From: Thermoleophilales bacterium
Lineage (GTDB): Bacteria; Actinomycetota; Thermoleophilia; Solirubrobacterales; 70-9
Assembly (NCBI GenBank): GCA_020636955.1
Contig: JACJWY010000010.1
Coordinates: 20,716-84,715 of the forward strand
Reading direction: 5' to 3'
DNA: 64,000 bases
Notes under the pieces: model-generated
What the model was told of the DNA's origin: nothing
The model's database searches: none
What the model saw: only the letters and a program-made list of their open reading frames with translations
Made by a program: the position numbers and the translations under genes
Part shown: in pieces, positions 9,421-18,104 of the stretch
Position numbering within the stretch: the first letter of the stretch is position 1
Layout: each line of letters begins with the position of its first letter

Positions 9421-10449
9421 TTAGCGGTCCTGTCCGGTGAAACTCACGAGTCGGGCGAGCACGGCAGCGGCCGCCCCGGAATCGATTGCTTCCTTCGCCG
9501 CATCCACGCCGCCGGCGAAATCAACGGCTCTGCCACCGACCAGGATCGCGGCGGCTGCGTTCAGCACCACAAGATCTCGCCTGGGACCCTTCTCTCCCTC
9601 GAGCACGGCCCGGGTCGCGGCCGCGTTCTCCTTGGGTGTTCCCCCGGCCACATCACCAAGTTCGGCTCGCTCCAGCCCGAAGTCGTCGGGCGATACGAAC
9701 CACTCGCTGGTCCCTCCGTCAACGACTTCGATGACCCGGGTGGGTCCGGTGATCGAGATCTCGTCGATCCCGTCGTCACCGGAAACGACCAGCGCACGTT
9801 CCGTGCCGAGGCCAACCAGGGTCTCGGCTATCGACTCCTGATAACGACGGTCGGAGACTCCCATCAGCTGACGCTTGGCCCCGGCCGGATTGGTCAATGG
9901 TCCGAGAAAATTGAAGATGGTTCGCACGGCCAGGGCTTTTCTGACCGGCACTACATGCGCCATCGCCTTGTGGTGCCTGGGCGCGAACATGAAACCGAAA
10001 CCGGTCTCCTCGATCGAGGCCGCAACTCTCTCCGGTGAAATCTCGATGTCTACCCCAAGCGCTTCCAGCAGGTCCGCGGAACCGCTGAGGCTGGTGCTTG
10101 AGCGGTTGCCGTGCTTGGCCACGGCACAACCAGCCCCCGCGGCAACCAGGGCGGCAGTGGTCGAGACATTGAAGGTTGATGGCCCTCCGCCGGTTCCGGC
10201 GGTATCGACCAGATCGCCCGACACCTCCACCGGCTCGGCCAGGGAACGCATGGTTCGGGCCAGACCGATCAGTTCGGGAACCGTCTCGCCCTTGGTCCGC
10301 AGGGCGATCAGGAAAGCGCCGGTCTGAACCTCGTCGGAGCGCCCTTCCATGATCTCGGTCAAGACCGCGGAGGCATGGTCGGTGGTGAGGTGCTGACCCG
10401 ATGCTGCCGCGTCGATCGCTCTGGTCAGGATGTCGTTAGGCAACTGCAC
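9421..10449 (-). CDS. trpD: Anthranilate phosphoribosyltransferase
   Basis: Motifs VDTAGTGGG and KHGNRSSTS are present. Length is 342 aa. Confidence 0.95.
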   Translation of the reverse strand: MQLPNDILTRAIDAAASGQHLTTDHASAVLTEIMEGRSDEVQTGAFLIALRTKGETVPELIGLARTMRSLAEPVEVSGDLVDTAGTGGGPSTFNVSTTAALVAAGAGCAVAKHGNRSSTSLSGSADLLEALGVDIEISPERVAASIEETGFGFMFAPRHHKAMAHVVPVRKALAVRTIFNFLGPLTNPAGAKRQLMGVSDRRYQESIAETLVGLGTERALVVSGDDGIDEISITGPTRVIEVVDGGTSEWFVSPDDFGLERAELGDVAGGTPKENAAATRAVLEGEKGPRRDLVVLNAAAAILVGGRAVDFAGGVDAAKEAIDSGAAAAVLARLVSFTGQDR

Positions 10450-11053
10450 TCCCCTCGTTGGTCGGTATTCCGGCGGCAGCCTGCTTCAGGGAGAGCTCGA
10501 CGCCGATGAAGTTGGCGATCATCCGTTTGCCATAAGGAGTCAATACAGACTCGGGATGGAACTGGACTCCCTCGGCCGGCAGTTCCCGGTGACGGACACC
10601 CATCACGATGTCACCATAGGTCGAGGTGACTTCGAGCACTTCGGGAATCTCGCCGGCGACCAGCGAGTGGTACCGGCCGACGGTCAACGGGTCGGGCAGA
10701 CCGTCATAGATGCTCTTGCCGTCATGTTCGATTTCGGCGCTCTTGCCGTGGATCGGTTCCCCCTGGACCACGGTGCCTCCGAAGGTCTGGACCATCGCCT
10801 GGTGGCCAAGGCAGACACCCAGGACCGGGGTCCCGGCCTCGGCGAAGGCCGGGATCACTTTCAGCGAAATACCGGCGTCATCCGGGGTGCAGGGTCCCGG
10901 GGATACGACCAGTCGGTCGTGGCCCTCGGCCAGCAGTTCGTCAACTGTGCGAACGTCGTTACGGACCGTCTCGACTTCAGCCCCGAGCTCGCCCAGGTAC
11001 TGGACGAGGTTGTAGGTGAAGGAGTCGTAGTTATCGACTACCAGTACGCGCAT
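10436..11053 (-). CDS. trpG: Anthranilate synthase component II (glutamine amidotransferase)
   Basis: MRVLVVDNYDSFTYNLVQYL is the expected N-terminus. The catalytic GVCLGHQ and FHPES motifs are present. It overlaps trpD by 14 nt and abuts trpE. Confidence 0.92.
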   Translation of the reverse strand: MRVLVVDNYDSFTYNLVQYLGELGAEVETVRNDVRTVDELLAEGHDRLVVSPGPCTPDDAGISLKVIPAFAEAGTPVLGVCLGHQAMVQTFGGTVVQGEPIHGKSAEIEHDGKSIYDGLPDPLTVGRYHSLVAGEIPEVLEVTSTYGDIVMGVRHRELPAEGVQFHPESVLTPYGKRMIANFIGVELSLKQAAAGIPTNEGSAVA

Positions 11054-12597
11054 CAGGCCCAGTCCGGGTTCTCGCAGGCGATCTCGACGGCGCGAAACAT
11101 CGCCTTCGCCTTATTGACCGATTCTTCGTATTCGTATTCCGGCTTCGCGTCGGCAACCGTGCCGCCGCCGGCCTGGATGTGAACCTGACCGTCCTTGATC
11201 AGGGCGGTACGGATGTGGATCGCCGTGTCGAGGTCGCCGTTCCAGGAGAGGTAGCCAACGGCGCCACCGTAAGAGCAGCGTTTCACCTTTTCCATCTCAT
11301 CGATGATCTGCATCGCCCGCACCTTCGGAGCGCCGGAAAGGGTGCCGGCGGGTAATGCCGAGCGAAGCACGTCGAGGGCGCCGCGGCCCTGCGGCAGCTT
11401 GCCCGAAACCCGGCTGACGATGTGCATCACGTGGGAATAGGTCTCGACCACCATCAGCTCCTCGACCTCGACCGTTCCGTATTCGGCTTCGCGGCCAATG
11501 TCGTTGCGGGCGAGGTCGACCAGCATCACGTGTTCGGATCGTTCCTTCGGGTCGGAAATCATCTTCTCGGCCAGCCGCCGGTCCTCTTCCTCGTCCTCGC
11601 CGCGCGGCGACGTGCCGGCAATCGGCCGGATCTCCACCCGGTCGCCGTTCACCTTGAGCAGCGGTTCGGGCGAAGCACCGGCAATCTGGAAGTCACCGAA
11701 CTCGAAGAAATACATGTAGGGCGACGGGTTGATCGACCTGAGGCCCCGGTAAATCGAAAGTGCCTCGGCCTTCTGCTCGGCCGAAAAGCGCTGCGACGGC
11801 ACCACCTGGAATGCATCTCCGGCGTGGATGTACTCGACGATCCGGGCGACCATCTGTTCGAACTGCTCGCGGGTCACGTTCGAGGTGAACTCCGGGGCCT
11901 CGGCGGCACCGGCAGCGTCGGCAACCGGCACCGGACCGCGCAGGCTTTTTCGAACGGCAGCGATCCTTCCGGCGGCGGCTTCCCATGCCTCTTCGATGTC
12001 CTCGTGTTCGTCGACCCAGGCGCAGCTGATAATCGTCAGCTCGTTGTGGAGATGATCGAAAGCGAGCAGCACATCGGTGATCATCAGCGCCAGATCGGGC
12101 AGGCCGAGAGGGTCCGGGTTCGGTTCGCCAAGCGGTTCGATTGCCCGGACCAGGTCGTAGCCGAAGAGGCCGACCGCCCCGCCGGCGAAGGGTGGCAGAC
12201 CCTCTGTCTCGGCGACCCGGTAGCCGGCCAGGTATTCCTTGACCCCGTCATAGGGGTCCTCGGCGGGGAAGGCAGCGATCGGCTCGACTTCCCCCGACAT
12301 CGCGTCACCCGGGAACTCTTTCAACTCGCCGGCAACCCAGCGGATCACCCGATGCGGACTTACCCCCAAAAACGAGTAGCGGCCGACCTGCCCGCGCTCC
12401 GCCGATTCGAGCAGAAAACAGGGGCCACCCTGCCGCAGCTTGAGCAAAGCCGAGACCGGTGTCTCGACGTCGTCGGTGTAACGCAGGGCGACCGGAACCA
12501 CATTTGATTCGGGAACCATCGCCCGGGCCGCCTCAAGGCCGGGAACCAGCCGGTCCGCAAGCTCAGGCGCGGCGGCCATTGAGAACCTCCCCCACAT
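11053..12597 (-). CDS. trpE: Anthranilate synthase component I
   Basis: Chorismate-binding domain motifs are present (GAVGYLSWNGDLDTAIHIRT, GGTVADAKPEYEYEE). The true start may be the Met at 12579. Either start overlaps the hisIE 3' end. Confidence 0.95.
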   Translation of the reverse strand: MWGRFSMAAAPELADRLVPGLEAARAMVPESNVVPVALRYTDDVETPVSALLKLRQGGPCFLLESAERGQVGRYSFLGVSPHRVIRWVAGELKEFPGDAMSGEVEPIAAFPAEDPYDGVKEYLAGYRVAETEGLPPFAGGAVGLFGYDLVRAIEPLGEPNPDPLGLPDLALMITDVLLAFDHLHNELTIISCAWVDEHEDIEEAWEAAAGRIAAVRKSLRGPVPVADAAGAAEAPEFTSNVTREQFEQMVARIVEYIHAGDAFQVVPSQRFSAEQKAEALSIYRGLRSINPSPYMYFFEFGDFQIAGASPEPLLKVNGDRVEIRPIAGTSPRGEDEEEDRRLAEKMISDPKERSEHVMLVDLARNDIGREAEYGTVEVEELMVVETYSHVMHIVSRVSGKLPQGRGALDVLRSALPAGTLSGAPKVRAMQIIDEMEKVKRCSYGGAVGYLSWNGDLDTAIHIRTALIKDGQVHIQAGGGTVADAKPEYEYEESVNKAKAMFRAVEIACENPDWA

Positions 12598-13180
12598 CCT
12601 CGAGAGTGATCCCGCGCGAGCGGATCAGTGCGACCAGGTGGAACAGCACATCTGCCGCCTCGTTGGCAACCCGCTCGTCGCTTTCCTCGCGGACAGCCCG
12701 GCTGACTTCCTCAGCTTCCTCCATCACCTTTTCACCGGCGAATTCCGGATCCTCCAGCAGCTTCACCACATAGCTGCCTTCGGGCTTTTCGACGAGCCGG
12801 GAATCGATCGTCCGGGCCAGGGCAGCCACGGCCTCGCCGTTCACCGGTGCCGGAGTTTCACCGGATTCGAGGTCGCGGAAAAAGCAGGTCCTTTCACCCG
12901 TGTGGCAGGCCGGTCCGGCGGGTTCCACCAATGCGAGGATCGCGTCGCCGTCGCAGTCCACCCGGAGCTGCCGCACCCTCTGGACATTGCCGGACTCTTC
13001 GCCCTTTTGCCAGATCTTCTGGCGCGACCGGCTGAAGTAGGTCACCAGTCCGGTCTCCTCGGTCAACCTGAGCGATTCCTCGTTCATGTAGGCGAGGGTC
13101 AGCACTTCGCCCGTGCGGGCGTCCTGGGCGATGCAGGGGACCAGACCATCACGGTCGAATGCGACTTGAACCGAAGCCAT
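12563..13180 (-). CDS. hisIE: Bifunctional phosphoribosyl-AMP cyclohydrolase / phosphoribosyl-ATP pyrophosphatase
   Basis: ORF trimmed to ATG 13180 (MASVQVAFDRDGLVPCIAQDA...), 2 nt after the upstream lipoprotein stop. An N-terminal HisI domain is followed by a C-terminal HisE helical domain. Confidence 0.9.
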   Translation of the reverse strand: MASVQVAFDRDGLVPCIAQDARTGEVLTLAYMNEESLRLTEETGLVTYFSRSRQKIWQKGEESGNVQRVRQLRVDCDGDAILALVEPAGPACHTGERTCFFRDLESGETPAPVNGEAVAALARTIDSRLVEKPEGSYVVKLLEDPEFAGEKVMEEAEEVSRAVREESDERVANEAADVLFHLVALIRSRGITLEDVGEVLNGRRA

Positions 13181-13182
13181 TT

Positions 13183-13614
13183 TCAACCTTCGCTTTCGCC
13201 GGATCCGGAACCGGTTGTGATCTCGCTCTGGCTGAGCGGCACGTACCACTGGCCCCCTTCACGGACGAACTTCGCTTCCCGGCCTCCGCCACCGTTGAAA
13301 GTCACGGTGGCAATGTCCCCGTTTACTTCTATCGTTTCGACCTTCAAGACCGGTTGGGCGCCGGCCGCCTTGAGAATCGGCTTGGTCTCGCTCACGCAGC
13401 GATCGATGTCATGGAAGGTTTCATCCACGGCGCTGGGCTGCATGATCAGGCAGAACTCCGAGGCGTCCCGGTCCCGGGTCGCCTGGTTCAGCTTGGCAAC
13501 CAGCTCGGTGATCGCCTGGGTGTCCTCGCCGGAGGTCGAGTCATCCGAGCTGCCGCAACCCGCGACCACGACAGCGGTCGCCAGCAGGGCACATATTGCG
13601 GCTTTTCGCAGCAT
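13183..13614 (-). CDS. Small lipoprotein of unknown function
   Basis: Signal peptide with lipobox: MLRKAAICALLATAVVVAGC-GSSDD. It heads the his-trp gene chain. Confidence 0.7.
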   Translation of the reverse strand: MLRKAAICALLATAVVVAGCGSSDDSTSGEDTQAITELVAKLNQATRDRDASEFCLIMQPSAVDETFHDIDRCVSETKPILKAAGAQPVLKVETIEVNGDIATVTFNGGGGREAKFVREGGQWYVPLSQSEITTGSGSGESEG

Positions 13615-13621
13615 GTGCCCA

Positions 13622-13627
13622 ATCCTA
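13622..13627 (-). promoter_or_regulatory. Candidate -10 hexamer TAGGAT, 7 nt upstream of lipoprotein ATG 13614
   Basis: The minus strand reads CCGTAGGATTGGGCACATG. Confidence 0.35.
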
Positions 13628-13672
13628 CGGAAGCAGGTCGAAACCCCGGCAGCAGGAAGCCCCCTGCCCGTC

Positions 13673-13678
13673 TAGGGT
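13673..13678 (+). promoter_or_regulatory. Candidate -10 hexamer TAGGGT, 7 nt upstream of GTG 13686
   Basis: The plus strand reads GTCTAGGGTTCAACCGGTG. It is divergent from the lipoprotein promoter. Confidence 0.35.
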
Positions 13679-13685
13679 TCAACCG

Positions 13686-14633
13686 GTGAAGTGGAAGCGG
13701 GGAAGGTCCGGGGACCGGAACGTGATCGACATTCGCGGCGCGAAGAAGGGCGGCGCCAGCGGCGGAGGCGGATTCGGCGGCATGGGCGGAATGAGTGGCG
13801 GCGGGCTCCCGATTCCGTCCGCCAAGGGAAAGATCGGCGGTTTTATCGGGATCGTGATCGTGCTGATCGTGATCGGCACCCAGGTGTTCGGAGGCAGTTC
13901 CGGCTCCGGAACGGGTTACGACATCGGTTCGATCCTCGCCGGTGCAGGTACCGTGCCCGGGGCCGATAATCCCTCGCCGATCCCGGCCAGCGAGGATCCT
14001 GACGCCGATCTCAAGGATTTCTCCGCCTATGTGTTCACCGACTCCCAGCAGGTCTGGCGCAAAGCCTTCCGGCAGGATGGACAGCCCTGGCGAGACGCCC
14101 AGCTGGTGCTCTATTCGGGGGCGGTAAGCACCGGCGGTTGCGGCAACGCGACCTCGGCCGTGGGTCCGTTCTACTGCCCGGCAGACAACCGGGTTTACCT
14201 CGACCTCAGCTTCTACAAGGACATGAAGAACCAGCTCGGGGCCGACGGTGACTTCGCCTGGGCCTACGTGATCGCCCATGAGATGGGCCACCACGTGCAA
14301 AATCTGGGCGGAATCCACGACGAAGTGGCCCGCGCCAGGCGACAGGAAAGCGAATCCGCAAACGAGATCTCGGTCCGCAACGAACTCCAGGCCGACTGCC
14401 TCGCCGGGGTCTGGGCCTCGACAGTCTTCAATCAGCTCGAGCCGGGCGATCTCGACGAGGCGATCAACGCTTCCGAAGCGGTCGGTGACGACCGGCTCCA
14501 GTCGCGAGGAGGCGGCTCGGTCAACCCCGATTCCTTCACGCACGGAACTTCCGCCCAGCGCCACCACTGGTTCCAGACCGGGTTCGAATCCGGGGACCCG
14601 GAGAAGTGCGACACCTTCTCGGGTGATATCTAG
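13686..14633 (+). CDS. YpfJ-family putative neutral zinc metallopeptidase (membrane-anchored)
   Basis: ORF 13596..14633 trimmed to GTG 13686, giving VKWKRGRSGDRNVIDIRG, the family-typical N-terminus. A Gly-rich linker and a TM segment (IGIVIVLIVIG) follow. The zinc motif HEMGHH is present. Confidence 0.85.
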   Translation: MKWKRGRSGDRNVIDIRGAKKGGASGGGGFGGMGGMSGGGLPIPSAKGKIGGFIGIVIVLIVIGTQVFGGSSGSGTGYDIGSILAGAGTVPGADNPSPIPASEDPDADLKDFSAYVFTDSQQVWRKAFRQDGQPWRDAQLVLYSGAVSTGGCGNATSAVGPFYCPADNRVYLDLSFYKDMKNQLGADGDFAWAYVIAHEMGHHVQNLGGIHDEVARARRQESESANEISVRNELQADCLAGVWASTVFNQLEPGDLDEAINASEAVGDDRLQSRGGGSVNPDSFTHGTSAQRHHWFQTGFESGDPEKCDTFSGDI

Positions 14634-14670
14634 CCAGATCCGCCTGGTGAACACGCCGTGGAGCCCCGTG

Positions 14671-14870
14671 GTCACGCCGTGGGGGTTGGCATGCATCCCC
14701 GGGGCCCTTGGACTCGCTGCGCTCGTCCGCGGGGAGTTCCCCGGGGACGCATGACCAACCCCCACGGCTACACCAACCCGGCCCCGCGACCCCATAACGC
14801 GACTTCACAAACCCTTCGGCGGGTGGATGCCAGGAGCCTCCAGCCGTTCGCTGGCAAGGAGACAGGCCGG
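14671..14870. repeat. Dispersed structured repeat, copy A (imperfect 26/27-nt inverted arms 14679-14704 and 14739-14765, plus a second conserved block 14798-14870)
   Basis: Aligned by eye to 40941..41220. The first ~109 nt differ at 4 substitutions and 1 indel. It lies between the convergent genes ypfJ-like and era. Confidence 0.8.
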
Positions 14871-14971
14871 AAATGGCCGCGATAGTACGCGGGTACGTGA
14901 GCTGCCGTTTCCGGCCGCCGGCGAAGCCAGCGGACGGCTGGTGGCCCCTGGCGCCGCCCGGAGGCCCTGGC

Positions 14972-15925
14972 CTACTCGATCCCCAGGCGATTCAACATGT
15001 CTTCATCTCGACGCCACTTTCGCTTGACCTTGACCTGGAGGTCGAGGTGGACTTTTCCGCCCAGTTCCTTTTCGATTTCCTTCCGGGCGCCGGTCCCGAT
15101 CTCCCCCACCTTGAAGCCCTTCTTTCCGATCAGGATCTTCTTCTGTGAGTCGGACTCGACCCAGATCTCGGCGTCGACCAGCCAGAGGCCGTCTTCGCGC
15201 TGATCGAGTCGGGTCACCCGCACCTCGACCGAGTGGGGAATCTCGTCTCGGGTCCGGATCAGGGCCTGGCCACGGATCAACTCGGCCAGGAGCAATTCAC
15301 GGGGCTGGTCCGAATGTTCTTCGGGCGGGTAGAGGTACGGTCCTTCGGGGACGATCGACGCAAGGAATGAAGCAAGCTCCGACACTCCTTCGCCGGTCAG
15401 GGCGCTGACCGGGAAGACCTCGTCGACACCGGCAAGCTCCGAGGCGGCGACCAGCACGGGCACGATGTTGCGACCCAGCCGGTCGGCCTTGTTCACCGCA
15501 CAGACGATCGGGAGTCCGTCAGTCTTGTCGCGGGCAAAGAGAAGCGTTTCGGCAATGAATCGGTCGCCGGGACCCACGCCTTCTTCCCCGTTGATCACCA
15601 AGAGCGCCACGTCGGCACCGGCCAGTTCCGCTTCGACTGTTTTCTGCATGCGACTGGTCAGCTCGTCCCGGGGCCGCTGAACGCCGGGCAGGTCGACCAG
15701 CACCAGCTGCGTGCCCGCCTTCAGGTCGGTGGCCACCCCGCGAATTGCCCGGCGGGTGGTCTGGGGCCGGACCGAGGAAATCGCGACTTTGGCGCCGACG
15801 ATCGCGTTTACCAGCGTGGACTTGCCGACGTTCGGCCGACCGGCCAGCCCGACAAAGCCGGAACGGGTCCCAGTTCCGGTTCCCGGTCCGATTCCGTCGC
15901 CCGGGAAGCCTTGTGGCTCACCCAC
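14972..15925 (-). CDS. era: GTPase Era
   Basis: G1 motif GRPNVGKSTL and a C-terminal KH domain are present. It overlaps ybeY. Confidence 0.95.
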   Translation of the reverse strand: MGEPQGFPGDGIGPGTGTGTRSGFVGLAGRPNVGKSTLVNAIVGAKVAISSVRPQTTRRAIRGVATDLKAGTQLVLVDLPGVQRPRDELTSRMQKTVEAELAGADVALLVINGEEGVGPGDRFIAETLLFARDKTDGLPIVCAVNKADRLGRNIVPVLVAASELAGVDEVFPVSALTGEGVSELASFLASIVPEGPYLYPPEEHSDQPRELLLAELIRGQALIRTRDEIPHSVEVRVTRLDQREDGLWLVDAEIWVESDSQKKILIGKKGFKVGEIGTGARKEIEKELGGKVHLDLQVKVKRKWRRDEDMLNRLGIE

Positions 15926-16316
15926 CGTCGACCTCGGTGGTCATTTTCGGCTCGATCCCCAGACCGGTGACAATCCGGTCCTGCAGGTCGAGCATCTCCC
16001 CCTGATCGGTTTCGTGGTCGAAGCCGCAGAGGTGCAGGACTCCGTGAACCACTGCCTCGACCTCGCTTACGCAATAGTCGGGACAGATGAACACGTCACC
16101 CATTTCGAACGGTCCCGGTCCTCGCTCTTCGTCAACCGGAAACGAGAGCACGTCGGTCGGTTTGTCTCTTCCCCGATGTTCGCGGTTGAGTTCACGAATC
16201 CGAAACTCGTTCACCACCTCGATTGCCAGATGCCCTTCCTTGACCGCGACCGATTCAAGCGTCGCGGCAACCGCCGGCTGAAAACGGGCCGGCACATCGT
16301 CGAGATCGATGCTCAA
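15918..16316 (-). CDS. ybeY: rRNA maturation endoribonuclease YbeY
   Basis: Metal-binding motif HGVLHLCGFDHE is present. Confidence 0.95.
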   Translation of the reverse strand: MSIDLDDVPARFQPAVAATLESVAVKEGHLAIEVVNEFRIRELNREHRGRDKPTDVLSFPVDEERGPGPFEMGDVFICPDYCVSEVEAVVHGVLHLCGFDHETDQGEMLDLQDRIVTGLGIEPKMTTEVDGG

Positions 16317-17266
16317 CTTCCGCTCTCGCGCTCGGCGTGTTCGCCGTAGGCAGCGACGATGCGCTGGACGAGCCGGTGCCGAACCACGTCCTTGCCGCCG
16401 AACCGGACGAACCTGACGTCTTCGATCCCTTCGAGAATCTCCCGCACGACCACCAGCCCGGACTTGCTGTCGCGGGGCAGGTCGATCTGGGTGACGTCAC
16501 CGGTGACGACCATTTTCGAGTTGAAACCGAGCCGGGTGAGAAACATCTTCATCTGTTCCGGGGTGGTGTTCTGGGCTTCGTCGAGAATCACGAAGGCGTC
16601 GTTCAGGGTGCGTCCGCGCATGAAGGCGAGCGGGGCGACCTCGATCACACCGCGGTCGAAATAGCCGTTGACCCGGTCCGGATCCAGCATGTCGTAGAGC
16701 GCGTCGAAGAGCGGCCGCAGGTACGGGTCGACCTTGGCCTGCAGATCGCCGGGAAGGAACCCGAGGCTCTCCCCCGCTTCTACTGCGGGGCGGGTCAGGA
16801 TGATCCGCTGCACCTCGCCCTCGATCAGGGCCGCCGCCGCCATCGCCACGGCAAGGAAGGTCTTGCCGGTACCGGCCGGACCTATTCCGAAGGTGACCGT
16901 GTTCTCGCGGATCGAATCGACGTAGAGTTTCTGGTTGACCGTCTTCGGCACAACCCGGGTATTCCGGTTGTGCCAGACCACGTCATCCAGGACTTCGGCC
17001 GGGCGGCGGGATGACTGGATCGCGTTGGTCACCGAATCAACCGTTGCGGCTTCGACTTCATGGCCGCCTTCGATCAGCCCGATCATCTCGTCGACCAGGC
17101 GGGCGGCCCGGTCGTTTTCGGCATCGTCGCCTTCGAGGGTGAGCTGGTTGCCACGCAGATGCACGCGACTCGAGGTGCTGTCCCTGAGCGCCCGGAGGAC
17201 CGAATCCTCGGCACCGGCCAGATCGGCCGCAACGTCGTTGTCGAGGGTGAGGGTCCTACGCGCCAA
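16313..17266 (-). CDS. phoH: PhoH-family ATPase
   Basis: Walker A motif GPAGTGKTFLAVAMA is present, with the typical PhoH/YbeZ layout. Confidence 0.95.
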   Translation of the reverse strand: MARRTLTLDNDVAADLAGAEDSVLRALRDSTSSRVHLRGNQLTLEGDDAENDRAARLVDEMIGLIEGGHEVEAATVDSVTNAIQSSRRPAEVLDDVVWHNRNTRVVPKTVNQKLYVDSIRENTVTFGIGPAGTGKTFLAVAMAAAALIEGEVQRIILTRPAVEAGESLGFLPGDLQAKVDPYLRPLFDALYDMLDPDRVNGYFDRGVIEVAPLAFMRGRTLNDAFVILDEAQNTTPEQMKMFLTRLGFNSKMVVTGDVTQIDLPRDSKSGLVVVREILEGIEDVRFVRFGGKDVVRHRLVQRIVAAYGEHAERESGS

Positions 17267-17687
17267 GCTGAGACTTGACCTCCGTGCTGACCCGCTTGCC
17301 GTCGGCGCGACCGGCGACCCTGTCTTTCAGAAGGCCCATAACCTGCCCCATCTGCTTCGGTTCGCTAGCTCCGGTTTCGGTGATCGCCTCCCGAACCAGT
17401 TCGGACAACTCCTCGTCACTCAACTGGGCCGGCAGATAGGCGGTGATCAGCTCGGCTTCGAACCGTTCGTCCTCGGCCTGCTCGTACCGGCCCGCATCGG
17501 CGAAAGCCTCGGCCGCCTCCATCCTCTTCTTGCGCTCGCGCTGAAGTGCCCCGATCTCGTCACCCTTGCCGAGCTTCACTTCCTGCTGGAGGACGTCCTG
17601 AATCATCCGCAGGGCCGAGGCCCGCTTGCGGTCGCCATCCTTGAGGGCAGCCTGCGCGTCTTCGCGAAGTTGATCAACTGCTGTCAT
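17256..17687 (-). CDS. GatB/YqeY domain-containing protein
   Basis: ORF trimmed to ATG 17687 (MTAVDQLREDAQAALKDGDRKRASALRMI...). The resulting 143 aa fits the family length. Confidence 0.85.
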   Translation of the reverse strand: MTAVDQLREDAQAALKDGDRKRASALRMIQDVLQQEVKLGKGDEIGALQRERKKRMEAAEAFADAGRYEQAEDERFEAELITAYLPAQLSDEELSELVREAITETGASEPKQMGQVMGLLKDRVAGRADGKRVSTEVKSQLGA

Positions 17688-17693
17688 GTACCT

Positions 17694-17699
17694 AGGGTA
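17694..17699 (-). promoter_or_regulatory. Candidate -10 hexamer TACCCT, 6 nt upstream of ATG 17687
   Basis: The minus strand reads GGTACCCTAGGTACATG. Confidence 0.4.
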
Positions 17700-17744
17700 C
17701 CTGCCCCGCCCGCCGAACCCGTTCCCTGTCCGGGACAAGCCGGA

Positions 17745-18104
17745 TCACTGCTGATCGGCCCCGGAAGACGGTGGCTCGGCATGTGAGGTGCGGGGGCCGA
17801 AAGCGCTGTAGAAAACGATTCCGCCGGCGGTTACAACCGTTCCGTAGAGCAGAAGTATGCGGTAGGTGCCGTTGACGATTCCCAGCCCGAACAAGGTGAT
17901 TCCGATTCCCGCCGCGAAAGAAAAAAAGTACCGGGGCGAGCGGACACCGCGCCAGATCAGAAAGGCGGCCAGGAGCGCCGCCGGAATCCAGTCGAAGAAA
18001 CTAATCGGTGCGATGCAGCCGATCATGAACAGGACCCCGACTACCATCCAGCCGGCGAACTTCGCGGCCGCGGCGTTTCTCGTGTTGTGTTGATCGTCAG
18101 CCAT
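17745..18104 (-). CDS. Small integral membrane protein (3-4 TM), unknown function
   Basis: ORF with a hydrophobic translation. Its ATG overlaps the murI TGA by 1 nt (TGATG). Confidence 0.55.
   Translation of the reverse strand: MADDQHNTRNAAAAKFAGWMVVGVLFMIGCIAPISFFDWIPAALLAAFLIWRGVRSPRYFFSFAAGIGITLFGLGIVNGTYRILLLYGTVVTAGGIVFYSAFGPRTSHAEPPSSGADQQ

Noticed and set aside
13488-14795. 435-aa minus-strand ORF
   Set aside because: It is antisense to the ypfJ-like metallopeptidase, which has HEMGHH and the family N-terminus. It has no recognisable motifs and runs through the intergenic repeat.
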